Source: an uncultured Candidatus Binatia bacterium (GTDB taxonomy: Bacteria > Desulfobacterota > Binatia > UBA9968 > JAJDTQ01). Taken from it: DNA of 64,000 bases. Where the stretch lies: NCBI GenBank assembly GCA_964291295.2, contig OZ219754.1, positions 2,592,001 through 2,656,000 of the forward strand. The letters run 5' to 3'. Positions within the stretch are counted from its first letter, which is position 1. Every line of letters starts with the position of its first letter. Shown here in pieces: positions 18,410-28,367 of this stretch. The notes under the pieces were generated by a model. That model was given only the letters and a program-made list of their open reading frames with translations. It made no database searches and was not told the DNA's origin. The position numbers were made by a program, and so were the translations under genes.

Positions 18410-19557
18410 GCTTGACGGCATCCCTCCAGGCGGACCACTTCGCGGACGATCCGGGCCGCGGTCACCAGGTCGTTGACATCGAGCCATTCATGGACCGTGT
18501 GGATGTCCCGCATGCCGCTGGCCAGGTTGACCACCTGAAGCCCCCGCTGGTTGAATACGTTGGCGTCGCACCCGCCACCCTTGGCGACGGTGTCCACAGC
18601 CAGTCCCAGGTTGTGCGCGGCCTCGTGAACGCGCCGGACGATGGCCGTCTCCCGGGACACGTCCATGCGGTCGTATTCCCGCCTGATCCGGGATTCCACG
18701 CGCGCCTCGTGGCGACGGCCATCCAGCTCCACCGCGGTGCCGGCGGCGGCCGCCTCCAGGCAGGCGATCATCGCCCGGGTCTGCCGTTGGAGTTTCCCTT
18801 CGTCGTGGCTGCGTACTTCACCGGTGAGCGTGAGCCGACCGGGCACGATGTTCACGGCCGTCCCGCCGCTGGCCAGGCCGAGATTGGCGGTGGTGTCCTC
18901 GTCGATGCGTCCGAGCGGCATGGCGGCGATGCCCTTGGCGGCCACCTGAAGCGCGTTGATGCCTCGCTCCGGGCATATGCCGGCATGAGCCTCCAGGCCG
19001 TGAACCACGAACTCCAGGTGGTTGACCGCCGGTGCCCGGGTGACCAGGAGCTGGATGGAGTCGCTGTCCAGCACCAACCCTGTCTTCGCGCGCACGAGGC
19101 CCAGGTCCAGGTGCTTGGCGCCCAGCAGGCCCACCTCCTCGCATATGGTGAAGACCACGTCGATGTGCCCGTGGGGCAGCTTCTCCTCGCGCACGGCCTG
19201 AAGTGCTTCCAGGATGATGGCGAGGCCGCTCTTGTCGTCGCCTCCCAGCACGGTATTGCCGTCGCTGCGGATCAAGTCCCCCTCCACCACCGGCACCACC
19301 CCTTCGCCCGGACTCACCGTGTCCATGTGCGCGGACAGCAGCAGCGGCTCCGCGCCGTCCACGTTGCCGTCGACATGGGCGACGAGATTGCCCACCTCGC
19401 CGCCCACCGCCGCGCCCGCCTCGTCCATGAAGACGCGGGCGTCCAATGCTTCGAGCATCTCCTTGAGCCGCCGCGCGACAGCTCCTTCCCTGCGGGACAG
19501 GCTGTCGATCCGCACCAACTCCAGCACGCGTTCCCTGAGACGCTCCTTGTCGATCAA
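18379..19557 (-). CDS. M20 family metallopeptidase (PepT-like)
   Basis: Motifs SAHMDTV, LGGDDKSG, CEEVGLLG, AHAG, GGGCDAN and IHT. GGAGGAG RBS and TTG start. Confidence 0.92.
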   Translation of the reverse strand: MIDKERLRERVLELVRIDSLSRREGAVARRLKEMLEALDARVFMDEAGAAVGGEVGNLVAHVDGNVDGAEPLLLSAHMDTVSPGEGVVPVVEGDLIRSDGNTVLGGDDKSGLAIILEALQAVREEKLPHGHIDVVFTICEEVGLLGAKHLDLGLVRAKTGLVLDSDSIQLLVTRAPAVNHLEFVVHGLEAHAGICPERGINALQVAAKGIAAMPLGRIDEDTTANLGLASGGTAVNIVPGRLTLTGEVRSHDEGKLQRQTRAMIACLEAAAAGTAVELDGRRHEARVESRIRREYDRMDVSRETAIVRRVHEAAHNLGLAVDTVAKGGGCDANVFNQRGLQVVNLASGMRDIHTVHEWLDVNDLVTAARIVREVVRLEGCRQACPDARLKHS

Positions 19558-19931
19558 GACATGCTCCTCCGTGCTCGTGGCCGCAAGGCGTGAGGCCGCC
19601 CGGCCCACGGACGTTGCCCCTCGCGGTGGCGGGAGTCTACTACGAAACGGGCGGGCGGGTCCATGCGTCGTCGGATCCCTCCGAATTCGTCCGGCGTGCC
19701 GCCGGCGTCGGAGGGGCGCCGGTGGGAAGCCGGTGCGGCGGTGTGGGTGGATGGCCTTGACGGGCCGTGGCCGTAGGCCCGAGGCAGTTTGGCCGCGCCA
19801 GGGGGTTTTGATAGTATCCCATCGATCGATGACGCTCGGCGCGGTTCCGGGCATCAGCATTCGGGCGTCGGTGTCCGGCGTCGGCATCCGGCTTTCCGGG
19901 CGCCGGCATTCGGTGTCCCGGAGATCATCCC

Positions 19932-21731
19932 ATGCAGAACGGCGATTCCGACCCGCGAGTGAACGTTCGCTACCAGCCAGATGAGAACCCTCCGCCGGCG
20001 CTTGCCGTCGGACTCGGTCTCCAGCTTGCCATTCTCTGTATCAGCGGAATCGTGCTGACGCCTGCCATCGTGATCCGGGCCGCCGGCGAAAGCGAAGCCT
20101 TTCTTGCCTGGGCGGTGTTTGCCGCGGTCGTGGTCAGCGGCGTGACGACGGTGCTGCAGGCGGTGCGGGTGGGCCGCTTCGGTTCCGGGCACGTGCTTCT
20201 CATGGGCACCTCCGGGGCGTTCATCGCGGTCTCGGTCACGGCGCTGGTGCAGGGCGGGCCGGGGATGCTCGCCACCCTGGTGCTGATCTCGTCGTGCTTC
20301 CAGTTCCTTCTCTCGTCGCGGCTTGCGCTGCTGCGGCGGATCCTGACCCCGGCGGTGGCGGGCACTGTCATCATGCTGATACCGGTGACGGTGATGCCGA
20401 TCATCTTCCGCATGTTGAAAGACGTGCCGGAGGGGTCCCCGGCGCTGGCGGCCCCCGTGACCGCTCTGGTCACCTTCGTGGTGATCGTCTGCATCGCTCT
20501 CAAGGCAACCGGATCGTTGCGGCTCTGGGCGCCGGTCATCGGAGTGGGGGTGGGCTCGCTGGTGGCGGCCGCCTTCGGCCTCTACAACGGCGCCATGGTG
20601 GCGGGCGCGTCCTGGGTGGGTCTTCCGGACGGCGAATGGCCGGGTCTGGATCTGGGTTTCGGCGCGGCCTTCTGGTCCCTTCTTCCTGCGTTCGTCTTCG
20701 TGACCCTGGTGGGCGCCATCGAAACCATCGGTGACGCCGTGGCTATCCAGCGTGTTTCCTGGCGTGGAACCCGTGCGGTGGATTTCCGCACGGTACAGGG
20801 AGCGGTGGGGGCCGACGGAGTCGGCAATCTGTTGTCCGGCGTTGCCGCCACGCTGCCCAACACGACCTACTCCACGAGCATTGCGGTGACCGAACTGACC
20901 GGGGTTGCCTCCCGCGCGGTGGGGGTCGCCATCGGCGTCATCTTCGTCATGCTGGCCTTTTTGCCCAAGGCGCTGGCGGTGATTCTGGCGATACCCAACC
21001 CCGTGGTCGCCGCCTATGTCACGGTGTTGCTGGCTCTGCTGTTCGTGGTCGGCATGAAGGTGGTGGTCCAGGACGAGATGGACTATCGCACGGCGCTGAT
21101 CGTGGGGGTATCGTTCTGGGCCGGCGTGGGCTTCCAGAACGGGGTTCTCTTCCCGGAATACTTCGCCGAGTTCGCCGGCGGGCTGCTGCAGAACGGCATG
21201 ACCGCGGGCGGGCTGGTGGCCATCCTGCTGACGCTGTTCGTGGAGTTGACCGCACCCCGGCCGAGCCGCATCGAAGTGGAACTCGGGACCGAAGCGCTGC
21301 CCAGGGTCCGGGAGTTCCTGGTGGGCTTTGCTACACGCGGCGGCTGGGACAGGGCCATGGCGGACCGGCTGGACGCCGCGGGCGAGGAGACGCTGCTGAC
21401 GCTGATGCGGCAGGACGAGGAAGGCCGGAGGGAAGGCACGGGGGAAGCCCTGGAGGGCAAGGGGAGGAAATCGCGCCGGCTGCGATTGACCGCCCGCAGG
21501 GAAGGCCGCGGCGCCGCCCTGGAATTTGCCGCCGGGGCCGGCGTCGAGAACATCCAGGATCGTATCGCACTGCTGGGTGCGGCTTCGGTGGAGGTGGCGG
21601 CGGAACGGGAGGTCTCGCTTCGGCTGCTGCGGCACCTGGCCTCAAGGGTCCATCACCAGCAGTATCACGACATCGACATCGTGACCGTCCGCGTGGATGC
21701 GCCGGCAATCGACCCGGCGGCCTCCGCCTGA
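19932..21731 (+). CDS. NCS2 (xanthine/uracil) permease with a C-terminal HATPase-like extension
   Basis: Motifs GLGLQ, TTVLQ, ETIGD, ADGVGN and PNTTYS, plus about 150 aa of soluble C-tail. Confidence 0.88.
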   Translation: MQNGDSDPRVNVRYQPDENPPPALAVGLGLQLAILCISGIVLTPAIVIRAAGESEAFLAWAVFAAVVVSGVTTVLQAVRVGRFGSGHVLLMGTSGAFIAVSVTALVQGGPGMLATLVLISSCFQFLLSSRLALLRRILTPAVAGTVIMLIPVTVMPIIFRMLKDVPEGSPALAAPVTALVTFVVIVCIALKATGSLRLWAPVIGVGVGSLVAAAFGLYNGAMVAGASWVGLPDGEWPGLDLGFGAAFWSLLPAFVFVTLVGAIETIGDAVAIQRVSWRGTRAVDFRTVQGAVGADGVGNLLSGVAATLPNTTYSTSIAVTELTGVASRAVGVAIGVIFVMLAFLPKALAVILAIPNPVVAAYVTVLLALLFVVGMKVVVQDEMDYRTALIVGVSFWAGVGFQNGVLFPEYFAEFAGGLLQNGMTAGGLVAILLTLFVELTAPRPSRIEVELGTEALPRVREFLVGFATRGGWDRAMADRLDAAGEETLLTLMRQDEEGRREGTGEALEGKGRKSRRLRLTARREGRGAALEFAAGAGVENIQDRIALLGAASVEVAAEREVSLRLLRHLASRVHHQQYHDIDIVTVRVDAPAIDPAASA

Positions 21732-21797
21732 GTTCGCCCGCGGTGCATGGGCGGTCCGCTTCGGGTTCCATGGTGGCCGGCGGAGGAGGTCGGGGAA

Positions 21798-21874
21798 TGG
21801 TGGCGGTGGCTGGACTTGAACCAGCGACGCCGCGGATATGAGCCGCGTGCTCTGACCAACTGAGCTACACCGCC
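21798..21874 (-). tRNA. tRNA with CAT anticodon (elongator Met, or Ile2)
   Basis: Reverse complement is GGCGGTGTAGCTCAGTTGGTCAGAGCACGCGGCT-CAT-ATCCGCGGCGTCGCTGGTTCAAGTCCAGCCACCGCCACCA. G1-C72 is paired, so it is not the initiator. Confidence 0.95.
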
Positions 21875-22044
21875 ACTGTGTGTGAGGAACGCTCCGTGCG
21901 GAGAACGCTCGCGGGGGGACCGGCGCCCGGATTCGTCAATCATAGAACGCGCTCCGTGAACATGCAAGCCGTGGACGCGCCGGGACCGGGGCCGGCCCGG
22001 TCCGTGTTGCAGATCCGTATCGCAATCTGCCTTGCAAGTCTGTC

Positions 22045-22073
22045 TTGCAATATTCTCCGCCGTTCACTATTAG
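22045..22073 (+). promoter_or_regulatory. Possible sigma70 promoter with repeated TTGCAA boxes
   Basis: TTGCAA, 17-bp spacer, TATTAG; a second TTGCAA lies 13 bp upstream. Confidence 0.4.
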
Positions 22074-22198
22074 TCAGCGGACGCCGCCGTTCACCGGACG
22101 AGGCAGTGCGACCTCCGAACCGGACACGACGGTTCCATCCCGGGTCCACCGGGTCCGCGGGGGAAGAAGGGCCACGTCGCTGAAGGGAGGAAAGCGCC

Positions 22199-23236
22199 AT
22201 GCGCGGTTGGGTGACACATGCGTTCAACGACATGCGCCTGGAGGAGTTGCCGGATCCGGAATGCCGGCCTGGCTGGGCGGTCCTCAAGACCCGGGTGGTG
22301 CAGCCCTCGGTGACCGAGGTGCAGCTTTTCTGCGGGGAGCGTTCCAACAGCTACGACAAGGTCAGGGAGAAGCTGGCCCAGGGTCCCGAGCCGCTCTTCG
22401 GGCATGAGTTCTGCGCCGAGGTCGTGGAGGTCGGCAAGGACAATGGTTACGGGCTGGCGGCGGGCGACCGGGTGGGCGCCACCCACACGGAGTTCGGCAC
22501 CATCGGGCGGGACTTCCCGGGTCTGTTCTCCGAATACGCGGCGGTACCGCTGGATGCGCTTGCCAGGATTCCCGAGGGGATCAGTGATTGGGAGGTGGCC
22601 GCGCTTCAGCCCCTCACGAGTTGCGTCCACAACATCCAGGTGCTGGGCGTGACGCTGGGAGCCACGGTGCTGGTGCTGGGACAGGGCGTCATGGGCCTCA
22701 ACTCGGCGCAGGCGGCCAAGGCCGCGGGTGCGGACACGGTCATCGGCACCGACATGAGACCCGAGATCCTGGAGTTGGCCAGATCCCTGGGGGTCGATGT
22801 CACCATCGACGCCTCGAAGGAGGACGTGGTGGAGGCGGTGATGGACCTGAGTGGCGGCAAGGGCATTCCTTTCGTTATCGAGGCGGCCAGCGGCAGCCCC
22901 CGGATGGGCCTGTCGGGCGGTGCCACGGTGTCGGAGGCGGTGGCGTGCGTCGCCACTGGCGGCACGGTGCTCAGCATTCCGCATTTCCATCAGCCCGTGA
23001 CCCTGGACTTCAACTATCTGCGGGCCAGGCGGGTCACCTACATGTTCCCGCCGGAACTGGCACACCCCGAGGAGATGGTCCTGGCCGCCCGGCTGGTGGC
23101 GCAGAAGCGCATCCGCATCGATCCCATGATCACCCACAAGCTGGAGGGCATCGACAAGATGCCCGAAGCCTTGGACATTACCGCCAACAAGTCCAGGCAC
23201 GGCGCGTTGAACCCGGCGCAGGTGCGGTTTTCGTAG
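22199..23236 (+). CDS. Medium-chain dehydrogenase/reductase with atypical Zn ligands
   Basis: Has GHE and the Rossmann motif GQGVMG. QPSVTE replaces CGSD, and the structural-Zn loop is missing. Confidence 0.88.
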   Translation: MRGWVTHAFNDMRLEELPDPECRPGWAVLKTRVVQPSVTEVQLFCGERSNSYDKVREKLAQGPEPLFGHEFCAEVVEVGKDNGYGLAAGDRVGATHTEFGTIGRDFPGLFSEYAAVPLDALARIPEGISDWEVAALQPLTSCVHNIQVLGVTLGATVLVLGQGVMGLNSAQAAKAAGADTVIGTDMRPEILELARSLGVDVTIDASKEDVVEAVMDLSGGKGIPFVIEAASGSPRMGLSGGATVSEAVACVATGGTVLSIPHFHQPVTLDFNYLRARRVTYMFPPELAHPEEMVLAARLVAQKRIRIDPMITHKLEGIDKMPEALDITANKSRHGALNPAQVRFS

Positions 23237-23330
23237 GGCGGAGGTTTTCGCCCCCGGCGGACGCGGGCGGGTGGTCCCGTTGGGCGACCCGGGGACGAGA
23301 CAGGAACGGAGCAACCCTGGAGGAGATCCA

Positions 23331-24344
23331 ATGAACATGAACGCCAAGATCATCGACGCCGACGGGCACGTCAGGGACCGGGACGCAGACATCCGCGCCC
23401 ATATGGAGGACCCCTGGAACCGGCGCGAGGGCTCGCTGCTGCCTTCGGACGAGTGGGACTCCAGCATGTTCGGCACCTTGGGCATGAACATCACCGACGT
23501 ACCCACGCGTCTGCGCGACATGGACACCGAGGGCATCGAAATGTCGGTGCTGTTTCCCACCGGCGCGTTCCACGTGAACCGCATGCCGGAAAAGGCCTAC
23601 GCGGGAGCCTTTTCGCGCGCCTACAACAACTGGATCTCGAGCCTGTGCGGCGAGGCGCCGGAGCGTCTCAAGGGCGTCGGCGTCGCGCCTTTCCAGGACG
23701 TGCCGGCGGCGGTGGAGGAGATCAATCGCGCGGTCACCCGGCTCGGCGTCGCGGGCATCACGGTGGGCACCTTCGGCATGAAGGACCACTTGGGGCAGGA
23801 ACTCTTCTGGCCCATCTACGAGGAGCTGGAGCGGCTGGACGTGCCCTTGCTGATCCACAACTCGCGCTCCGGTCCGGCCGGCGAGAACCGCTTTGACACC
23901 TTTCTGTTCAAGCACACCATCGGCCGTCCCTTCGAGACCATGCTGGACTGCGCCGCGTTGATGTACGGCGGCGTGCCGGAGCGGTTCCCGAAATTGCGCA
24001 TCGCCTTCCTGGAATGCGGGGTGGGCTGGGTCCCCTACTGGATGGACCGGATGGACGAAGAGTACGAGCACCGGAAGTCCGAGGCGCCGCTGCTCAAGGC
24101 CATGCCCAGCGAGTACATGAAGGCGGGGAACTGGTACTACGCCGCCGAGCCGGAGGAGGCGAGCCTTCCATACGGCATCGAACGGGTCGGGGAGAGGAAC
24201 ATCGTGTTCGCTTCCGACTACCCGCACTGGGACGGCATGTTTCCCAACGTGACCAGGACCATCAGGGAGCGGTCGGACATTTCCGAGGACTTCAAGGCCC
24301 GGTTCCTGGGAGAGAACGCCAAGGCGCTCTACGGCTGGGACTGA
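23331..24344 (+). CDS. Amidohydrolase family protein (Amidohydro_2)
   Basis: Motifs IDADGH, RAYNNW, LECGVGW and ASDYPH. Confidence 0.93.
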   Translation: MNMNAKIIDADGHVRDRDADIRAHMEDPWNRREGSLLPSDEWDSSMFGTLGMNITDVPTRLRDMDTEGIEMSVLFPTGAFHVNRMPEKAYAGAFSRAYNNWISSLCGEAPERLKGVGVAPFQDVPAAVEEINRAVTRLGVAGITVGTFGMKDHLGQELFWPIYEELERLDVPLLIHNSRSGPAGENRFDTFLFKHTIGRPFETMLDCAALMYGGVPERFPKLRIAFLECGVGWVPYWMDRMDEEYEHRKSEAPLLKAMPSEYMKAGNWYYAAEPEEASLPYGIERVGERNIVFASDYPHWDGMFPNVTRTIRERSDISEDFKARFLGENAKALYGWD

Positions 24345-24364
24345 CCGCGCACGGGACGCTTCAC

Positions 24365-24850
24365 GTGCGACCGACAGTTGGAACGGCCTTCAGTCTCCTG
24401 GTCCTGGTCTTCTTTGGCTACATGGTGTGGGAGGCCGGGGACTGGCGGCTGCAGGCACGCCTCTACCCTTGGGTCATCGGCATCCCCATGATAATCCTGG
24501 CCATCGTCAACCTTGTGCAGGAGTTCCAGGGGTCGAAGGAAGGGCAAGCCTCCGACGACGCTCCCGCCGACTTTCAGCTTACCCGGGTCGTGGACAGGGC
24601 CGTTGCCGTGCGCCGCACGGTCATGATCCTGTCCTGGATCCTGGGCTTCCTGGCCGGGGTCTGGCTCGTGGGCTTCTCCATCACCATCGCCGCCATGACC
24701 TTTGGCTGGCTCAAGATACAGTCGAGGGAAGGCTGGCCCATGTCGCTTGTCCTGACGGCGGCGGCGTGGCTGGTCTATTACGTGCTGTTCGAACGTACGC
24801 TGCTGTTGCCGTTTCCCGACGGCGTGCTTTTTCTGTGGCTGGGAGGGTAG
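24365..24850 (+). CDS. tctB: Tripartite tricarboxylate transporter TctB family
   Basis: About four TM segments and a C-terminal LFERTLLLPFPDG, in a TTT operon. Start uncertain. Confidence 0.8.
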   Translation: MRPTVGTAFSLLVLVFFGYMVWEAGDWRLQARLYPWVIGIPMIILAIVNLVQEFQGSKEGQASDDAPADFQLTRVVDRAVAVRRTVMILSWILGFLAGVWLVGFSITIAAMTFGWLKIQSREGWPMSLVLTAAAWLVYYVLFERTLLLPFPDGVLFLWLGG

Positions 24851-24907
24851 ACGCATCCACGGACGGGTGAGATGTAACCGTTTGGGCTCAACCAAGGGAG
24901 GTGTGCC

Positions 24908-25963
24908 ATGACGAAACGAGCGATCTTCCGGACCGTTTTCGTACTGCTGCTGGCCGGATTCCTGTTCACCGGCTTCTCGAATCCGGCGGCGGCCAAGGAC
25001 TTCTATGAAGGCAAGACCATTCGCATCCTCGTCTGCTGCTCGCCGGGGGGATTCTACGACCGGTGGGCCAGGCTGTTCGCGCGGTACCTGGGCAGGTACA
25101 TCCCCGGGGAGCCGGACATCATCGTACAGAACATGCCCGGGGCCGGTTCGCTCATTGCCGCCAACTATGTCTACAACATCGCCAGGCAGGACGGCACGGC
25201 CATCGTCATGCCGTTGGCGGGACTCTATCTGGACCAGGTCGTGGGGAGAAAGGAAGTTCGCTTCGACATTGCCAGGTTCCAGTGGCTGGGCACGCAGGAG
25301 GTGAGTCACTCGGTGCTTTTCTGCCGCAGCGACTCGCCCTACAAGAGCGTTGACGACCTGATCCGGAACAAGGAGGAGCCGGCGCGGCTCGGCAACACCG
25401 GCACCGCGGGCAACAGCTATCTCCTGGGCAAGATCCTCGAGCGGGGCGTGGGAGCGAACTTCAATTTCGTCATGGGTTATCCCGGCGGCAGCGAAATCGA
25501 CCTGGCGGTGGAAAGGGGCGAAGTGGTCTGCCGCGGCATGAGCATCCCTCCGCACTTCGGCCGGGAGCCCTATCTGAGCTGGCACAAGCGGAAATTCGTC
25601 CGGCAGCTGGTTCAGAGCGGACGTGAACGGGATCCGCGGCTGAAGGACACCCCGACCCTGCAGGAACTGTTCGACAAGTACGGCGCCTCGAAGCAGATAC
25701 GCGCCATGGCTTCGGTGATCTTCGCCAGCGGCGATTTCGGACGCCCCTTCGCGGTCGCCCCCGGTGTTCCGGCCGACCGCGTCAAGATCCTGCGCACCGC
25801 CTACGCCAAGGCCTTGCAGGATCCGGCGCTGCTGGCCGAGGCCAGGAAGGGACGGATGGACGTGCTGCCGTCCAGCGGAGAGAAGGTGCAGAAGCTGGCC
25901 AGGAGCGTGGTGAGCCAGCCCGGGGATGTGGTGGACGGCGTCAAGGAGATCCTGGGAAGGTAG
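24908..25963 (+). CDS. tctC: Bug/TctC substrate-binding protein
   Basis: Motifs FYEGKTI, GGFYD, QNMPGAGS and GYPGG..LAVERGE. Confidence 0.92.
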   Translation: MTKRAIFRTVFVLLLAGFLFTGFSNPAAAKDFYEGKTIRILVCCSPGGFYDRWARLFARYLGRYIPGEPDIIVQNMPGAGSLIAANYVYNIARQDGTAIVMPLAGLYLDQVVGRKEVRFDIARFQWLGTQEVSHSVLFCRSDSPYKSVDDLIRNKEEPARLGNTGTAGNSYLLGKILERGVGANFNFVMGYPGGSEIDLAVERGEVVCRGMSIPPHFGREPYLSWHKRKFVRQLVQSGRERDPRLKDTPTLQELFDKYGASKQIRAMASVIFASGDFGRPFAVAPGVPADRVKILRTAYAKALQDPALLAEARKGRMDVLPSSGEKVQKLARSVVSQPGDVVDGVKEILGR

Positions 25964-25973
25964 CGGACCGTCC

Positions 25974-27491
25974 ATGATGCTCGACGCCTTCGTGGAAGGA
26001 CTGCTTCACGTCCTTTCCTGGCCTGCCTTCGGCTTTCTGCTCCTGGGGGCTCTGGTGGGGTTCATCGTGGGGATTCTCCCCGGCCTGGGCGGCCTGGCCA
26101 CCCTGGCGCTGATGCTCCCCTTCGCCTACAAGATCGGGGAGCCCATCTCGGCCTTTGCCTTTCTCCTGGGCATGCACGCCATCACCGGCACCACCGGTGA
26201 CATCACCTCGATCCTCTTCGGCATCCCGGGAGAGGGCACGGCCGCGGCCACCATCATGGACGGCTATCCCATGACCAAGAACGGCGAGGCCGGCCGGGCC
26301 ATGGGCGCCGCGCTCATGAGTTCGCTGGTGGCCGGTCTCGAAGGCGCCGTCATTCTGGCCCTCGCCATTCCCGTCATGCGCCCGCTGGTGCTGTTCTTCG
26401 GCTCGCCGGAGCTGTTCATGCTGGCGATCCTGGGCATCACCTTCATCGCGTCGCTCAGCGGATCCTCCCTCACCAAGGGGCTCCTGTGCGGCGGCATCGG
26501 GCTCATGCTGGCGGCCATCGGGGTCGATCCCCAGACCGGGACGCTGCGTTACACGTTGGGCACGCTGTATCTCTGGGATGGCCTGAGTCTGGGGCCGGTG
26601 GTGGTGGGACTCTTCGCCATTCCCGAGATCATTGACCTGGCGGTGCGGGGCACCAGCATCGCCGAGACCAAGGTGGCGAAGATCACCGGCGTCATGGAAG
26701 GGGTCAAGGACACCTTCCGCCACTTCGGTCTGACCATGCGTTGCGGTTTCATCGGCGCCTTCATCGGGGCCTTGCCGGGTCTCGGCGGCGGCGTGTCGCA
26801 GTGGCTGGCCTACGGCCACGCGGTGCAGTCGTCCAGGGACAAGAGCCGGTTCGGCAAAGGAGCGGTGGAAGGGGTGCTGGGGCCCGGTGCGGCCAACAAC
26901 TCGCGGGAGGGGGGCAACCTCATCCCCACGGTGGCCTTCGGCATCCCGGGCAGCAGCGCCATGGCGATCCTGCTGGGAGCGTTCCTGATCGTCGGTCTCA
27001 ATCCGGGTCCGGAGATGCTCACCAAACACCTGGACGTGACCTTTGCCATGGTCTGGATCCTGGTGGTGGCCAACGTCCTCACCGTGGGCGCAAGCTTCCT
27101 GTTCCTGAACCAGCTCGTGAAGCTCACCTTCGTCCGGGGTCACCTGCTGATACCCTTTCTCCTCATGTTCGTCTTTCTGGGAGCCTTCGCGGCCCACAAC
27201 AACTTCAGCGACATCATCGTCACCGTCCTGTTCGGCCTGTTGGGTTACGTCATGGTGCTGTTCCAATGGCCGAGACCCCCCTTCGTGCTGGGGCTGGTGC
27301 TCGGCACCATCGTGGAGAACTACCTGTGGATCTCCAGCAGCGCCTATGGGTCGGCGTGGCTCACGCACCCCACCGTGGCAGGTATCTTCCTGCTGATGGT
27401 GGGAACGCTGTTCTACTCCATCATTCAGACACGCAGGGGCCGGTCCCTGGAGAACACGGCCCGGCAGAGCGCCGAGGGAACACGGGAGTAA
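25974..27491 (+). CDS. tctA: Tripartite tricarboxylate transporter permease TctA
   Basis: Motifs GILPGLG, IPG..AATIMDGYPM and AANN..GG.LIPT..GIPGS. Confidence 0.95.
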   Translation: MMLDAFVEGLLHVLSWPAFGFLLLGALVGFIVGILPGLGGLATLALMLPFAYKIGEPISAFAFLLGMHAITGTTGDITSILFGIPGEGTAAATIMDGYPMTKNGEAGRAMGAALMSSLVAGLEGAVILALAIPVMRPLVLFFGSPELFMLAILGITFIASLSGSSLTKGLLCGGIGLMLAAIGVDPQTGTLRYTLGTLYLWDGLSLGPVVVGLFAIPEIIDLAVRGTSIAETKVAKITGVMEGVKDTFRHFGLTMRCGFIGAFIGALPGLGGGVSQWLAYGHAVQSSRDKSRFGKGAVEGVLGPGAANNSREGGNLIPTVAFGIPGSSAMAILLGAFLIVGLNPGPEMLTKHLDVTFAMVWILVVANVLTVGASFLFLNQLVKLTFVRGHLLIPFLLMFVFLGAFAAHNNFSDIIVTVLFGLLGYVMVLFQWPRPPFVLGLVLGTIVENYLWISSSAYGSAWLTHPTVAGIFLLMVGTLFYSIIQTRRGRSLENTARQSAEGTRE

Positions 27492-27503
27492 CACCTGCTC
27501 GCC

Positions 27504-28358
27504 GTGGCCCTGGGCCTGCTGGCCTCCCTCGCCTTCGCCTGCACCGCGACGCTGGTTCATCGAGGTGTGCGCCACCTCGACCCCTTCAGCGGCCTGATGG
27601 TGGACCTTTCCTTCAACGCGCTGGTCCTGTGGCTCTTCGTCTTCACGTTTCACGATCTCTCGGAACTGTGGGCGGGCGCCAATCTGATCTTCGCCGGCTC
27701 GGGGCTCATCGTTCCGGGGATCTTCCGCCTGATGGCGTTCAAGGGCATCGAACGGCTGGGCGCGGCGGCGGCCACGGCGGTTCTCAATTCGGCGCCGCTC
27801 TTTGCCCTGCTCCTGGCCGTGGTGCTGCTGGACGAAAAGCCGGGTCCCGTCAACCTGCTGGGGGCGGCGGCCGTGGTCAGCGGCCTGGTGTTTCTCTCGT
27901 GGAAGGACGAATCGAGGTCCTGGCGTCCCCGGGATGCATTCTATCCGGTGGCGGGCGCGTTGTGCGCGGGCCTGCGTGACAACGTGGTCCGCCTCGGGCT
28001 TCTTGCCGGCCCGGCCCCCATGGTGGGGGCGGCGGTCACGGTCACCACCTCGTTGCTGACCATGTCCGCAGTCTATTTCCCGGTCCACGGCCTGACCCCC
28101 CTGAGGCGTTGCCGGCCGGGCGTTCTCGGCTGCTTCGCGCTGGTGGGGGTCGTGCACTTCGTTGCCTATCTCTTCATGTTCACGGCCCTGGACATGGCGG
28201 ATGTGGCGGTGGTCTCCCCGCTGATTCACTGCTTCTCGTTCTTTACCCTGGGACTTTCTCCGCTTATCCTGGGCGACGTCGACCCGATTACGCGGCGCAA
28301 GGTCGCGGCCACCTCCATGGTGGTGCTGGGCGTGCTGCTGATCGCGTGGTCGCGGTAA
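27504..28358 (+). CDS. DMT/EamA family transporter
   Basis: About ten TM segments with an EamA repeat pattern. The start may be CTG 27495. Confidence 0.85.
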   Translation: MALGLLASLAFACTATLVHRGVRHLDPFSGLMVDLSFNALVLWLFVFTFHDLSELWAGANLIFAGSGLIVPGIFRLMAFKGIERLGAAAATAVLNSAPLFALLLAVVLLDEKPGPVNLLGAAAVVSGLVFLSWKDESRSWRPRDAFYPVAGALCAGLRDNVVRLGLLAGPAPMVGAAVTVTTSLLTMSAVYFPVHGLTPLRRCRPGVLGCFALVGVVHFVAYLFMFTALDMADVAVVSPLIHCFSFFTLGLSPLILGDVDPITRRKVAATSMVVLGVLLIAWSR

Positions 28359-28367
28359 GGGCGAACC

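Noticed and set aside
19840-19921. Degenerate 6-7-bp GC-rich microrepeat upstream of the NCS2 gene
   Set aside because: It is low complexity with no fixed unit and is not distinguishable from slippage background.
27489-27504. tctA stop in frame with the EamA gene, suggesting read-through
   Set aside because: The stop is TAA, and a GGGAG SD with CTG/GTG starts follows, so ordinary re-initiation explains it.
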